Assembly: GCA_964524845.1 (NCBI GenBank)
Contig: CAZGFX010000002.1
Coordinates: 227,428-291,427 of the forward strand
Direction of reading: 5' to 3'
Source: an uncultured Gammaproteobacteria bacterium
GTDB taxonomy: Bacteria; Patescibacteriota; Patescibacteriia; CAZGFX01
DNA length: 64,000 nucleotides
Shown in pieces: positions 1 through 10,031 of the stretch (positions are counted from its first letter, which is position 1; every line of letters begins with the position of its first letter). The notes under the pieces were generated by a model. It was not told the DNA's origin. It did not search any database and saw only the letters and a list, made by a program, of their open reading frames with translations. The position numbers and the translations under genes are program-made.

Positions 1-2280
1 TTCTTCACCGTGTTCTTCTGTTGACGCTGTATATCCATAATTTGGAGCCTCTCCATATGATGTAACCGGCTGTGTTCCATATAAGACACGCCCTCGAGCT
101 GGAATGTTTGTTCTCCATGTTACCAATATTGATGTCTCGTTTATTTGAGTTAAATCCGGAACATCTCCTCCTGTGGAATTAATTACATGTGGTGTAAATA
201 CGGTCGTTACCGCACCACCACCTCCACCACTTGTAGGAGTACATGATTGATTATTTCCAGAAGTTGTTTCTTTTTGGCATGTTGATGAACATCCATCGCT
301 AGAAACAGCATTTCCATCTTCGCACGTTTCTCCTGTATCAAGAATTCTATTTCCGCATATTTCAGTAGATAGACAACTTGAGCTACACCCATCTCCTGAT
401 ACTATATTTCCATCATCACACTCTTCGTTTCCTTCAATAATAGAGTTTCCACACGTTTGACCCGTACCTCCTGTTGTTGAAAGAGAATATACATCTCTCT
501 CCATTATATTTCCATTCAAATCTCTCGTATACACAATAATTGGAATGGTTTCTCCAGCAATGAAATCAACTTGCGGATCAAGAACAAATGAATAATTCGT
601 CGCCGTTCCTGATATGCCAGTAGTATCACCCGGATAATTTACACCGAATACACCAGTATCAAATTTTAGACTACTAGAAAAAGTGATGCGTGTACCCGAT
701 GTTGTCACAGATCCTGCTCCTCCTGAACGTGTATAATAAGAACCATTAACATAAACGATCGTATTTGCAATATCTACACCAACTCCCGAATCAACTATAT
801 CGAATTGAATCGTCCCATTAATCACAATATTACTATCATTTCCGGGAGCTTTATTAATTACTTGTGGTCCCGTAGCATCGCTAGTGGCAAAAGTATAATT
901 ATCAGTAACCATTGTGTTAGGGGTTAATGCATTGTCCTCACAATCATAAACAGAAACGGATATTATCTCGTTTTCTAGAAAATCACTTGGTGGATTAATT
1001 CCAAACCTAATTCCATAATCAATTGCTGATATTGTAACTTCCGGATCTCCTTGTTGATATGTATGAAGCGGAACACTTGGCGACGAAACATTTATTCGGC
1101 ATGTTCCTGCGTTTATTCCACTTCCTGATATCGATCCGGGGTATGTTTTTTTATCTAAAATATCAACTGAGATGTTTGTATTAACAGCGTTTCCCGAAGA
1201 GCCTCTTGATGGCGACTCTCCTTGAACACGAGGAGCAATATTATCCGTCTCTGTTTGAAACGTGTATGATTTTGCACTCATTGTGTTTGGACCGTTCGGA
1301 TCACCAAGTTGATCCTGGGTTGTTGAAGCCCTGTCTTTAAATCCTGATATCTCTACTGTATACGAAGTATCATATTTCCAATTTCTCTGATCTCCTCCGA
1401 CACCAGATGGACTACTTGGATTAAGTGTAGTCGCACACACATTCGTTCCCCACACTCCTGAGCACGAATACGAATCAAATGCTGTTGCATCAACTGTATT
1501 TGCATTTTCGGTTATTGTAATAACTCCGTAACCAACTCCTGTAGAAGTATTGACTCCAGTACCCACCCCTGAATTATCACCCTCGCCGTTTTTACTATCG
1601 CGAAGAGTAAATTGATAATTTGAATCAACCGCTACGTCAGTCGCACCATCTGCTGGAACAGGAGAAAGAGCATATGGAGACTTCGTATCTGCCCATACAT
1701 GAAAATTAAAATCTTCAACATCATCGAGAAGGTCGGCTCCGGCAAGAGATATATTACTGTCGGTGGTCTGTCCAATAATTCCCTCCTCAATATCTAGTAC
1801 CGCAGCAGATCCTGTGCCATAATTTGCAACGGTTGGACGATTAGCCGTAAAACGAACCGTACCAAAAGATCCGGTTCCGGATGAATTTGGAGCCGAAATA
1901 TTAAACCCCGTTGATTTTACCTTACCTCCAGAAATTGTTTGACTACTCCATGTATTAAAATATGATCCTGTCGTAAGATTGCTCGCATCGCATATTGCCG
2001 TATTGTAACCAATAATAATATTTGACGCGTTTGTTCCTCCTGACTTTATGCGCATAGTCGTCGTGAACTGTTGGCCTACATAATAATAATTAAAATCATT
2101 TGGATTTCCAGTTCCTCCATCTCCTGTATCATCAGACCCTGTTTGTTGTCCTGTGATTAATTCAAAAGTATCATCTCCTGAAGGAGTATCAGCAAACACG
2201 CTCATTGGCATACACAATGAAAAAAACACCGAAACAATCGCTATGTATGATATAAAAAACTTTGATTTTATACTATTCAT
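1..2280 (-). CDS. Large secreted surface protein (cohesin-like domain, Ig-like repeats, two Myxococcus-type Cys-rich repeats, FN3-like start); 3' end runs off the window
   Basis: Not in the ORF track because it has no stop in the window. Hand translation from ATG 2280: MNSIKSKFFISYIAIVSVFFSLCMPMSVFA (signal), VGQQFTTTMRIKSGG...GTGSFGTVRFTA...TTDSNISLAGADLL (cohesin-like), CGNSIIEGNEECDDGNIVSGDGCSSSC and CGNRILDTGETCEDGNAVSSDGCSSTC; the frame read open to base 1. Confidence 0.85.
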   Translation of the reverse strand, partial: MNSIKSKFFISYIAIVSVFFSLCMPMSVFADTPSGDDTFELITGQQTGSDDTGDGGTGNPNDFNYYYVGQQFTTTMRIKSGGTNASNIIIGYNTAICDASNLTTGSYFNTWSSQTISGGKVKSTGFNISAPNSSGTGSFGTVRFTANRPTVANYGTGSAAVLDIEEGIIGQTTDSNISLAGADLLDDVEDFNFHVWADTKSPYALSPVPADGATDVAVDSNYQFTLRDSKNGEGDNSGVGTGVNTSTGVGYGVITITENANTVDATAFDSYSCSGVWGTNVCATTLNPSSPSGVGGDQRNWKYDTSYTVEISGFKDRASTTQDQLGDPNGPNTMSAKSYTFQTETDNIAPRVQGESPSRGSSGNAVNTNISVDILDKKTYPGSISGSGINAGTCRINVSSPSVPLHTYQQGDPEVTISAIDYGIRFGINPPSDFLENEIISVSVYDCEDNALTPNTMVTDNYTFATSDATGPQVINKAPGNDSNIVINGTIQFDIVDSGVGVDIANTIVYVNGSYYTRSGGAGSVTTSGTRITFSSSLKFDTGVFGVNYPGDTTGISGTATNYSFVLDPQVDFIAGETIPIIVYTRDLNGNIMERDVYSLSTTGGTGQTCGNSIIEGNEECDDGNIVSGDGCSSSCLSTEICGNRILDTGETCEDGNAVSSDGCSSTCQKETTSGNNQSCTPTSGGGGGAVTTVFTPHVINSTGGDVPDLTQINETSILVTWRTNIPARGRVLYGTQPVTSYGEAPNYGYTASTEEHGEE

Positions 2281-2284
2281 TGTG

Positions 2285-3412
2285 TTAATTATCTCCTGTT
2301 AAATCCAAATTGGCAAGTAATAATGACAGGTCAATTGAATTAACTATAGTGTCTTGATTTAAATTTGACCTGAAAGCGTTTCCTGTCGGATCATCAGCGT
2401 CTAGATCCGGTAACATAAGCGATAAATCCACCGAGTTAATCGCGTCATCACCGAGTGTTGTTGGCGATAATCCTACCCCATTTATATCTCCTGCGAAAAG
2501 CGTTTGTGTACCAAACGTTCCCGAATTATTAGACTGAGTGAAATTTAAAATATTGTTTCCTTCATTAAGGACAACATCTTGTAACACTTTTGTTATATGA
2601 GATTTTCCTTTTAATCCTATATCATAAGTTCCCGCGGTGATACCAGTAAAATCGATTGGCACGAGATACGTACCATCGCTTGCTAAAGTAGCCAGTGAAG
2701 GCTGTGTAAATAACACAACATCATCTGAGTTTGTGCTTGTACGAACAGTTAAATAAAAATCAGTGTCATAATTTGTTCCTAGTGCTCCTGAACGAGATTC
2801 CGGCACAGCCCATTGTACTGTTGCGCTTGTGTTTCCTCCGTCTTGAACACATACCGGAACAGGGGTAACGTTGCCTTCTACATTTATTCCTTGTACAGTG
2901 CCAACTACTTGGACACTTCTAGACCCTATATCACCAAATGTTCCAGCGACATCAATCGTATAATTTCCTCCAACAGAAGGGTTTACGACTAGATTTTCCG
3001 CGCAGTTTGCCATAAATTTTCCTATTTCAATTACTATGGATCCTCCGGCGGGAATCGTCGCCGTATTCGATGTAAATGTAATTACATTGCTACTTATATT
3101 AACGCCCCACATTGTTCCACTAGCAAGTGCCGCGACAGGTTGTCCTACACTATTAATTTCAATATCAACATCCTCATATGTAATAGAAGATATATCAAAC
3201 TCCGAGGCGAAAGTTACAGCAATTGTTTCTCCAGCATCAAGCCCCGAAGGTGTTAAAAATGATAATCTGTATCCAACTCCATCTCCAATACCAAGACTTG
3301 TGGTATTAACGGAATATCCGACGATTCCCGCCGCCATAACAGAAAACATCGGCATAAAAATCATGCCTATAGATATAAATGATCGCAGAAATATTGAAAA
3401 AAATTTTCTCAT
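2285..3412 (-). CDS. Secreted beta-rich protein with C-terminal dockerin-like duplicated Ca-binding motif
   Basis: Signal peptide; C-terminus GDING...DDAINSVDLSLML...NLNQDTIVNSIDLSLLLANL matches the duplicated dockerin pattern. Confidence 0.75.
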   Translation of the reverse strand: MRKFFSIFLRSFISIGMIFMPMFSVMAAGIVGYSVNTTSLGIGDGVGYRLSFLTPSGLDAGETIAVTFASEFDISSITYEDVDIEINSVGQPVAALASGTMWGVNISSNVITFTSNTATIPAGGSIVIEIGKFMANCAENLVVNPSVGGNYTIDVAGTFGDIGSRSVQVVGTVQGINVEGNVTPVPVCVQDGGNTSATVQWAVPESRSGALGTNYDTDFYLTVRTSTNSDDVVLFTQPSLATLASDGTYLVPIDFTGITAGTYDIGLKGKSHITKVLQDVVLNEGNNILNFTQSNNSGTFGTQTLFAGDINGVGLSPTTLGDDAINSVDLSLMLPDLDADDPTGNAFRSNLNQDTIVNSIDLSLLLANLDLTGDN

Positions 3413-3463
3413 CGTTTGTTTGTTTTTATATTATTTTATCTGTGTACAAAATATAATTAAAAA

Positions 3464-4381
3464 TTATTTCTTTTTTTGTTTTTTTCTTTTATAAATGAAT
3501 ACTGATCCTAAAACACAAATAATTACACAAACTATAATAATTATCATCGCGGGTGAAAATATCCATACGTTCAAATCCTGTATCGGTGTTTTTATGTCAC
3601 CACTAGACGAATAAGTAAGTGATACTTTGTATTTGCCAAATCTATACCAATCTCCGGCACCATCCCAATTAGTTTTGAATTCCCTGGGGCTACCAGGCAA
3701 TACTCTTCCTAGCTCCTCATTTAAAAATAATCGACCGACAGTATTTCCAAACAAGTTCGTTACTTTCAAATCACCATAAGGCCTCTCATCAGTGGTGCCT
3801 GTGTTTTTTACAACAGTTGATAATATTAAAGGATTTCCAAAAAGAATATTTTTTTGAGTATAAAACTGTTTTATTGATATTCCTCTCTGTGCCTTTTCTT
3901 TATCAACCGTGATAAAAACCGGCAAAAACATTCTTCCTAAAACAGAATCTCCAGTACCATCGGCTCGCTGACTTGTAACACGAAAACCAGCATGATAAGT
4001 CCCACTTGGCGTCCCCACCGGAACCGAAACTTCATACTTCATCGCGACAGGAGCATCATTCACAAGATATGCGCCGTTATCTTTCATAATAATCCAAGGC
4101 GTAATATCGGGATCCGCTTTATCAGGAGACACAATTTCAGGAGTCTTCCCGTCTTCTTTAACAATAAAATTATGAGTGGTGACAACAAATTTCTTCGGCG
4201 CGCCACTCTCTTTCATAATAAGTTCAAAAGAACCACTGATCCGCTCTCCTGATTGCACCTGAATTTCTTTGAAATACGGATTGGCTGTTATAGAATATGC
4301 TCTTACTTCATTGAATAAAAAAACTCCGCTACACAACACGATAATGATCACCAACCCTTTCGTGTAGCGGAGTATATTCAT
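3464..4381 (-). CDS. DUF916/WxL-interacting-like protein with C-terminal membrane anchor
   Basis: Signal peptide, VPVGTPSGTYHAG, NTGTTDERPYG, FGKYKVSL, C-terminal TM helix plus Lys tail; paralogue of the next gene. Confidence 0.6.
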   Translation of the reverse strand: MNILRYTKGLVIIIVLCSGVFLFNEVRAYSITANPYFKEIQVQSGERISGSFELIMKESGAPKKFVVTTHNFIVKEDGKTPEIVSPDKADPDITPWIIMKDNGAYLVNDAPVAMKYEVSVPVGTPSGTYHAGFRVTSQRADGTGDSVLGRMFLPVFITVDKEKAQRGISIKQFYTQKNILFGNPLILSTVVKNTGTTDERPYGDLKVTNLFGNTVGRLFLNEELGRVLPGSPREFKTNWDGAGDWYRFGKYKVSLTYSSSGDIKTPIQDLNVWIFSPAMIIIIVCVIICVLGSVFIYKRKKQKKK

Positions 4382-4400
4382 ATTTATGAGTACAATTATG

Positions 4401-5354
4401 TTATTTGCGTTTCTGTGCGGCTCGCTTTACCCATACTGACAAAATCGTTCTAACGACAAACAATGCAATAATCACGATAAGAATCGCTCGCCATGAAATG
4501 ACCCAGAAACTAACTTCGGAATTAAATGTTTTTCCTTGGGTTCCCCATGCTGTATCAAGCTTTGCGGTATATCTTCCGAAACCGAAATTCTTGAATTCAG
4601 CCTTCACCTCATCAACAAAAGATAAATCTGTTAGCTCTTTCTCACGAGTGAAAATCTTGCGAATTGAGTTCGGATATACGAGCGCGCTCGACTCATTTGC
4701 ATTAAGTACACGAGCAACTCCTCCGAACATGTTTTTCACCTCGACTACGCCCTCGGGTTTGTAGTGGACATTTCCAGTGTTTGCGTAACGTGTCATGAAG
4801 TTAACAGGAAAACGATTATAAAACTTCTTCGCAGTAGAAAACTCAACGACTTCTCCTGCTTCCGTCGCCTCACCAGCAACTCTCATCGCGATAATAGTAC
4901 CAACTTGTGCCTCAATTCCAGCTCCGGAACCCTCTATCTTACCTTCAAATTTTTCTTTAGATAAAACAATTGCATAATGACCGCCAGGAGTAGCATCAGA
5001 AGGAACTGTTATTTTAAAATTAACATCTTTTATTTCTTTTGGTTCAAATTTTATTTCTGTTACTGGAAATGATATCCAGTTTTGTAAATCATTTACTGTT
5101 TTATCAAGCTCTTCAAAAACAGGACTTCCTGTCTCGTTCGCATTAGGAGAAAACGCTTTCACAGATAAAGACACTGTGATCGGCACATCTTTTTCGTTTT
5201 GAAGCTTAATAACCCTTTCAAGCACGGACCCTGGATCTGTGTTTTCTTCTAATAGAGTAGTCTTCATAGTCAGCGCATTGGCGCCAGATCCCAAGAAAGC
5301 AAACACAATCATCGTCAATAACCCAATAATATAATATCTAAACTTTTTATTCAT
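4401..5354 (-). CDS. DUF916/WxL-interacting-like protein with C-terminal membrane anchor
   Basis: ITVPSDATPGGHYA, NTGNVHYKPEG, FGRYTAKL motifs, C-terminal TM helix and basic tail. Confidence 0.65.
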   Translation of the reverse strand: MNKKFRYYIIGLLTMIVFAFLGSGANALTMKTTLLEENTDPGSVLERVIKLQNEKDVPITVSLSVKAFSPNANETGSPVFEELDKTVNDLQNWISFPVTEIKFEPKEIKDVNFKITVPSDATPGGHYAIVLSKEKFEGKIEGSGAGIEAQVGTIIAMRVAGEATEAGEVVEFSTAKKFYNRFPVNFMTRYANTGNVHYKPEGVVEVKNMFGGVARVLNANESSALVYPNSIRKIFTREKELTDLSFVDEVKAEFKNFGFGRYTAKLDTAWGTQGKTFNSEVSFWVISWRAILIVIIALFVVRTILSVWVKRAAQKRK

Positions 5355-5383
5355 AAAATAATATAACTAATCAATTACACAGT

Positions 5384-5415
5384 ATTCTATCCGTAGCAAA
5401 AACCACAGATAGAAT
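5384..5415 (-). terminator. Stem-loop downstream of the small surface subunit gene (attenuator or mRNA stabiliser)
   Basis: ATTCTATC...GATAGAAT inverted repeat in the intergenic gap. Confidence 0.4.
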
Positions 5416-5430
5416 TTGTAAAATCGACGA

Positions 5431-5955
5431 TTAATTAACAGTGATTGTATATTCAACAATATGACTGTAACTTCCTGCTGGAGTGCTATTTCCTGCACGA
5501 GCACCGTGCTCAACAGTTATATCACCTTGGTACACTGGTCCCGCAGATGTTGCGAAATCACCAGCTATTGTAGGTACTCCCTGATATGCTGAACCATAAG
5601 AACCTGACATTGTGAAATCAGCTGTTGTACCATAAAAACCATAATCATTATCACCAAGAGCTCCTGTTGCATCGTCAAAACTATCTGTTCCATCTGTAAA
5701 TGCAGTATCAGCATCAGCCTGAATAGTAGCCCCATCAGTATCATTGGTAGTTCCAACTATTGTATAATTACATGTTGTGCTACTACCAACAGGGATTGTA
5801 CCCAAATCGCAAGTAGGAGATGCGATACTTAGAGCTGTATTATCAGATACAGTACCACTTACAGTAACACTGTCGCTCGTTTGAGCGAACGCCTGTGGCA
5901 CGACAAGCATCGATGCCAAGGTTAACATCAAAATTTCTGAAAGAAATTTCTTCAT
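5431..5955 (-). CDS. Small secreted acidic beta-protein, WxL/Csu-pilin-like subunit
   Basis: Signal ending AFA; N-terminal SVTVSGTV strand, Cys pair, C-terminal TPAGSYSHIVEYTITVN. Confidence 0.55.
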   Translation of the reverse strand: MKKFLSEILMLTLASMLVVPQAFAQTSDSVTVSGTVSDNTALSIASPTCDLGTIPVGSSTTCNYTIVGTTNDTDGATIQADADTAFTDGTDSFDDATGALGDNDYGFYGTTADFTMSGSYGSAYQGVPTIAGDFATSAGPVYQGDITVEHGARAGNSTPAGSYSHIVEYTITVN

Positions 5956-6282
5956 AATAAGTTAGATTAATCTTTTAAATAAATGTTTTAGATATTTTTG
6001 TGGTAGTTTATTAGTTCCACTTAAATATCTTCAGCGCGTGGCTGAGTTTTGTTTTATCTTCTTTTGTGAACACATTTTATCAACATTGCGCGTAAAAACA
6101 AATTGTTTACACACAACTGATATTAGTTTAACATATTTTTTACATTTTATATATATTATCATTATATTATTGTGAATAAAATCGCTTATTTTTACTATTT
6201 TCAGAATTATTAAACATTATTATCTGGAAAGGTTTTGATATATTGTGTACAATATAATTAGGCTAAAATTAGAGATTTTTAT

Positions 6283-7404
6283 ATGTTTAAGCTACTTCAG
6301 CAATTAATTAAAAAAACGTCTTTGAGACTCGATTCTTTAAATGTTATTTCGATATATAGAGATTGTATTGTCAATAATTTCAATGTGTATAAAACGCATT
6401 CGGAATATATTTTTCCTGTACTCAAGTCAAACGCATACGGACACGGCATCGAACAGATCGCGACAATACTCAATGATATAGAAACTCCATATGTTACAGT
6501 AGATAGTTATTATGAATATCTCAAAATAAAAAAAATAACAAGGCACAAAGTTTTGATTATGGGATATAACCCACTTTCAAATCTACGTCTTTTTAATTAT
6601 AAAAAAATTGCAATTCTTGTTAATGATATTCCTACTCTGAAAGTACTAGCTTCGCTCGATACACAAATCACGATACATCTGAAGTTCAACACCGGTATGA
6701 ATCGTCAAGGACTTGAATTCGAAAACATTCCACAGATTATGGATTTGTGCAAAAAAAGAAATATTACTATAGAAGGAGTTGCGACTCACCTTGCTTGCGC
6801 GGATTCCGATGAACGAATTGTACAAGAACAATATGCAAAATTCGATGAAATAATCCGTGAAATAAAAAAACGAGGAGTTCATGTAAAATATATACACGTC
6901 AGCAATAGTGCAGGATCCAGATTTAACAAAAAAGAATATAATACGATACGGCTCGGACTCGGATTATATGGATATTTCACAGGCAAAGAAAACGAAATTA
7001 CTAGCAAACTTCTTCCTGGTCTTGAATTTAAAAGCACGATCATCAATGTACGAAATATTAAAAAAGGGGAGCACATCGGATATGATTATACATATACTGC
7101 GCCATGCGACATGATTATAGGCGTTGTTCCTGTGGGATATTATGAAGGAGTTGATAGATCGCTTTCAAATAACGGATATATGACGGTACGCGGAGTAAAA
7201 TGCCCAATTGTAGGTAGGGTTTCAATGAATATTTCAACAATAGATATAACAAGAGCGAACGCTGTCATGGGAGATGATATTTTGTTTATTTCAAAAGACA
7301 AAAATGCTGAAAATAGTGTGGTAAATATAGCGTCAAATACGAATACGATTCCTTATGTCGTCACTACTAAATTAAGTGAAAGTATACGAAGAAAAATTGT
7401 TTAA
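6283..7404 (+). CDS. alr: Alanine racemase
   Basis: VLKSNAYGHG PLP-lysine motif, HLKFNTGMNRQG, GYYEG, IVGRVSMN. Confidence 0.95.
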   Translation: MFKLLQQLIKKTSLRLDSLNVISIYRDCIVNNFNVYKTHSEYIFPVLKSNAYGHGIEQIATILNDIETPYVTVDSYYEYLKIKKITRHKVLIMGYNPLSNLRLFNYKKIAILVNDIPTLKVLASLDTQITIHLKFNTGMNRQGLEFENIPQIMDLCKKRNITIEGVATHLACADSDERIVQEQYAKFDEIIREIKKRGVHVKYIHVSNSAGSRFNKKEYNTIRLGLGLYGYFTGKENEITSKLLPGLEFKSTIINVRNIKKGEHIGYDYTYTAPCDMIIGVVPVGYYEGVDRSLSNNGYMTVRGVKCPIVGRVSMNISTIDITRANAVMGDDILFISKDKNAENSVVNIASNTNTIPYVVTTKLSESIRRKIV

Positions 7405-7428
7405 CACAAACAATCGCAACACGCAAAA

Positions 7429-7971
7429 TTAAAACTCATATACATATATTGGACCAAGCGCCTTCTTATCAAGTTGTATAACTCGAGCAGGTTCCATGTC
7501 CTTCATATTAAATGCATATGATATTACTTTTGCTCCCGGTTTAAGTTGCGCGCGCCACACGGGATACATGCGATTCATGAATTCCGGCATCGTGAAACAA
7601 ATAATTACATCCGCCATACTATAATCAGCGGTAAACGCATTTTCAAATCGCACAGTCATCCCGGGATTCATCCATGATCTTGTCTTCGCGAATATATAAG
7701 GGATAAAAAAAAGTTCAAATCCAATTGACTTGGTTTTGTATTCCCGTGTGGCGCGCGCAATAATACGTCCATCACCACATCCAGGATCAATAACAATTTT
7801 TCCAGGAGAAAGTTCCGCTGATTCCAACATGGCATCAATGATTTTCCTAGGAGTTGGAACCCAAGGAGCTCCCCAAATCATCGCTTTCACAAATTGAAAA
7901 AGAAGATATGCTAAAAAAAGAAATATACAAGCAAAAATAATTGTTTTAGCTATTTCTATAATCATAATCAT
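7429..7971 (-). CDS. Membrane-anchored class I SAM-dependent methyltransferase
   Basis: N-terminal TM helix, APWVPT, IDPGCGDGR SAM-binding motif. Confidence 0.85.
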   Translation of the reverse strand: MIMIIEIAKTIIFACIFLFLAYLLFQFVKAMIWGAPWVPTPRKIIDAMLESAELSPGKIVIDPGCGDGRIIARATREYKTKSIGFELFFIPYIFAKTRSWMNPGMTVRFENAFTADYSMADVIICFTMPEFMNRMYPVWRAQLKPGAKVISYAFNMKDMEPARVIQLDKKALGPIYVYEF

Positions 7972-8021
7972 TTATTTTAAAACGTGGGTCGCGCAATTTA
8001 TTAATCAGTTTTTATTTTATG

Positions 8022-10028
8022 TTATTTTTTCTTCATCTCATGAACTCCTGACCACTCGTGCTCAAGTCCTTTTGAAATTATTTCATCAATACGCGTCATG
8101 TGCGTCATACTTGGACCATCATTATATTTTTCTACAAGAAACGCGAACACCTCCCTTGCTTCTTTCAGTTTTCTTGAATCAAGAAGTGACATTGCATCTG
8201 CGTATCTAGAACAAATGTCTTTATATTGATCATCTGTGATATCAAAAACTTCTCCAATAAGTTCATAAATACGAACGGTGTTTTGTTTTCCTTTTACCTT
8301 CACAGCATCAATATATCTATATACAAGATCCTTGTCTTTTCCTATATTTTGAAGCTCGATTAATGTGGATTCGGAAAATATAATATATGTTCCGTATTCT
8401 TTGTTTAAACCCTCAAGACGAGATGCAAGATTCACTCCGTCTCCAATTGCTGTATAATCAAATCTTTGGAGCGATCCTACATTTCCAACGATTGCTTCGT
8501 CAGTATTTATACCAATTCCTATTGCAAGTGATTTCGAAATGGTTTTCTCTTCTTCCCATTTTTTATTCAGTTCAACAAGAGCCTTCTTCATATGAAGCGC
8601 TGTGAGCAAGGCACGATATGATTGTTGTTCATCGGAAAGAGGCGCGCCCCAAAGACACATAATCGCATCTCCTATATATTTATCAACGACGCCTTCGTGT
8701 CCGAATATAATATCAGTCATGCGCGAAAGATACTGATTTAGAATTAAAACGAGGTTTTCCGCATTCATTTTTTCTGACAAAGATGTGAAACCTCTGATAT
8801 CAGAAAATAGTACCGTTATCTTTTTTCTATCACCTCCCAATTTAATAGAATTCATCGATTTCAAAATTTCATCAGCAACAGGTGGCGATACATATGACAT
8901 AAATACCTTCCTGATACGACGCTTCTCTTTCTCTTCTGTGAGAAAACGAAATATAACTATGACACCATATACGATTACGAGCCCTGTTACAGGATAAAGA
9001 ATAGACGGTATAATTCCATTATCAAATAATTGAAATGAAATAATTGTATAAATAACGATACTTACAACCACTACCACAATCCCATATAATGGACGCACAA
9101 TCATATAAAGAAACGCCCCACAAATCATAATACAAAGAAGAACGAGAAGAACCGAGTGCGGCGCCTGCTCGCGCAAAAACTTCCCAGCAAGCACGGTGTT
9201 AAGTGCATGAGCATGAATCTCAACTCCTGTCGTCAGCGCCCCTCGCGAAAGCGGCGTAACATACGTATCGTGAAGATCCGGCGCAGTACTTCCTATAAGC
9301 ACAATACTGTTTTCAAATATAGATGGGTTGAATTGCTTCCTAAGCACATCTGCAAAAGAAATAGTCCTGAAGCGAGCAGGCGCCGCCGCAAAATTAATTA
9401 GCATGCCTCCTTTCTCATCACTTACAATATTTAACAGATCATCTCCTCTATATAAACGTACTATACGAGCAAAAAAACTTTCAATAATAACATCATTATA
9501 TTTAGCAGAAACAGGAAGTTTTCTCACAACACCATCTCTATCTATAATCACATTTGTTATGCCGTGTGCTAGGGCTTTTTTATATATTTCAGGAGTAGAC
9601 ACAAGAACAGAACGAGCAGTGTGATAATCAGACACACCGGCAAACTCGACCTCAACAGGCAATACTACATTTCCTGCTTTTGATATTGATTCAGCAAATA
9701 GCGAGTCTTCATCAGTCGGCTCCGGAAAATTAACATCGATGCCAATAACTGAAGGTTTGTGTTCATTTATAATATCAACCGCTTCTCCGAAAACAGATCG
9801 ATCCCACGGCCACCTTCCAATACTCTGTATACTCGCATCATCGATTGCAATAATGACTATTTTCTCTGAAGTAGGATAGGATCCATAGAGCTTGTCTGAA
9901 AATTTCCATTGCCATGAATCAAATATATTTGATCCGTACAAAATAGCAAAAACAAACCATACAATACATCCTATGCCAATGGCCTTCGTATAATGATTCG
10001 ATAGAATTGAACGAAACAAACGATTCAT
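8022..10028 (-). CDS. CHASE2-domain class III adenylate/guanylate cyclase
   Basis: IDDASIQSIGRWPWDR and GVEIHA (CHASE2), three TM helices, LFSDIRGFT, VDKYIGDAIM, YTAIGDGVNLASRLE. Confidence 0.93.
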   Translation of the reverse strand: MNRLFRSILSNHYTKAIGIGCIVWFVFAILYGSNIFDSWQWKFSDKLYGSYPTSEKIVIIAIDDASIQSIGRWPWDRSVFGEAVDIINEHKPSVIGIDVNFPEPTDEDSLFAESISKAGNVVLPVEVEFAGVSDYHTARSVLVSTPEIYKKALAHGITNVIIDRDGVVRKLPVSAKYNDVIIESFFARIVRLYRGDDLLNIVSDEKGGMLINFAAAPARFRTISFADVLRKQFNPSIFENSIVLIGSTAPDLHDTYVTPLSRGALTTGVEIHAHALNTVLAGKFLREQAPHSVLLVLLCIMICGAFLYMIVRPLYGIVVVVVSIVIYTIISFQLFDNGIIPSILYPVTGLVIVYGVIVIFRFLTEEKEKRRIRKVFMSYVSPPVADEILKSMNSIKLGGDRKKITVLFSDIRGFTSLSEKMNAENLVLILNQYLSRMTDIIFGHEGVVDKYIGDAIMCLWGAPLSDEQQSYRALLTALHMKKALVELNKKWEEEKTISKSLAIGIGINTDEAIVGNVGSLQRFDYTAIGDGVNLASRLEGLNKEYGTYIIFSESTLIELQNIGKDKDLVYRYIDAVKVKGKQNTVRIYELIGEVFDITDDQYKDICSRYADAMSLLDSRKLKEAREVFAFLVEKYNDGPSMTHMTRIDEIISKGLEHEWSGVHEMKKK

Positions 10029-10031
10029 ATA

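Noticed and set aside
5956-6130. Riboswitch in the leader of the surface operon
   Set aside because: A few AT-rich hairpins are present but no recognisable aptamer consensus.
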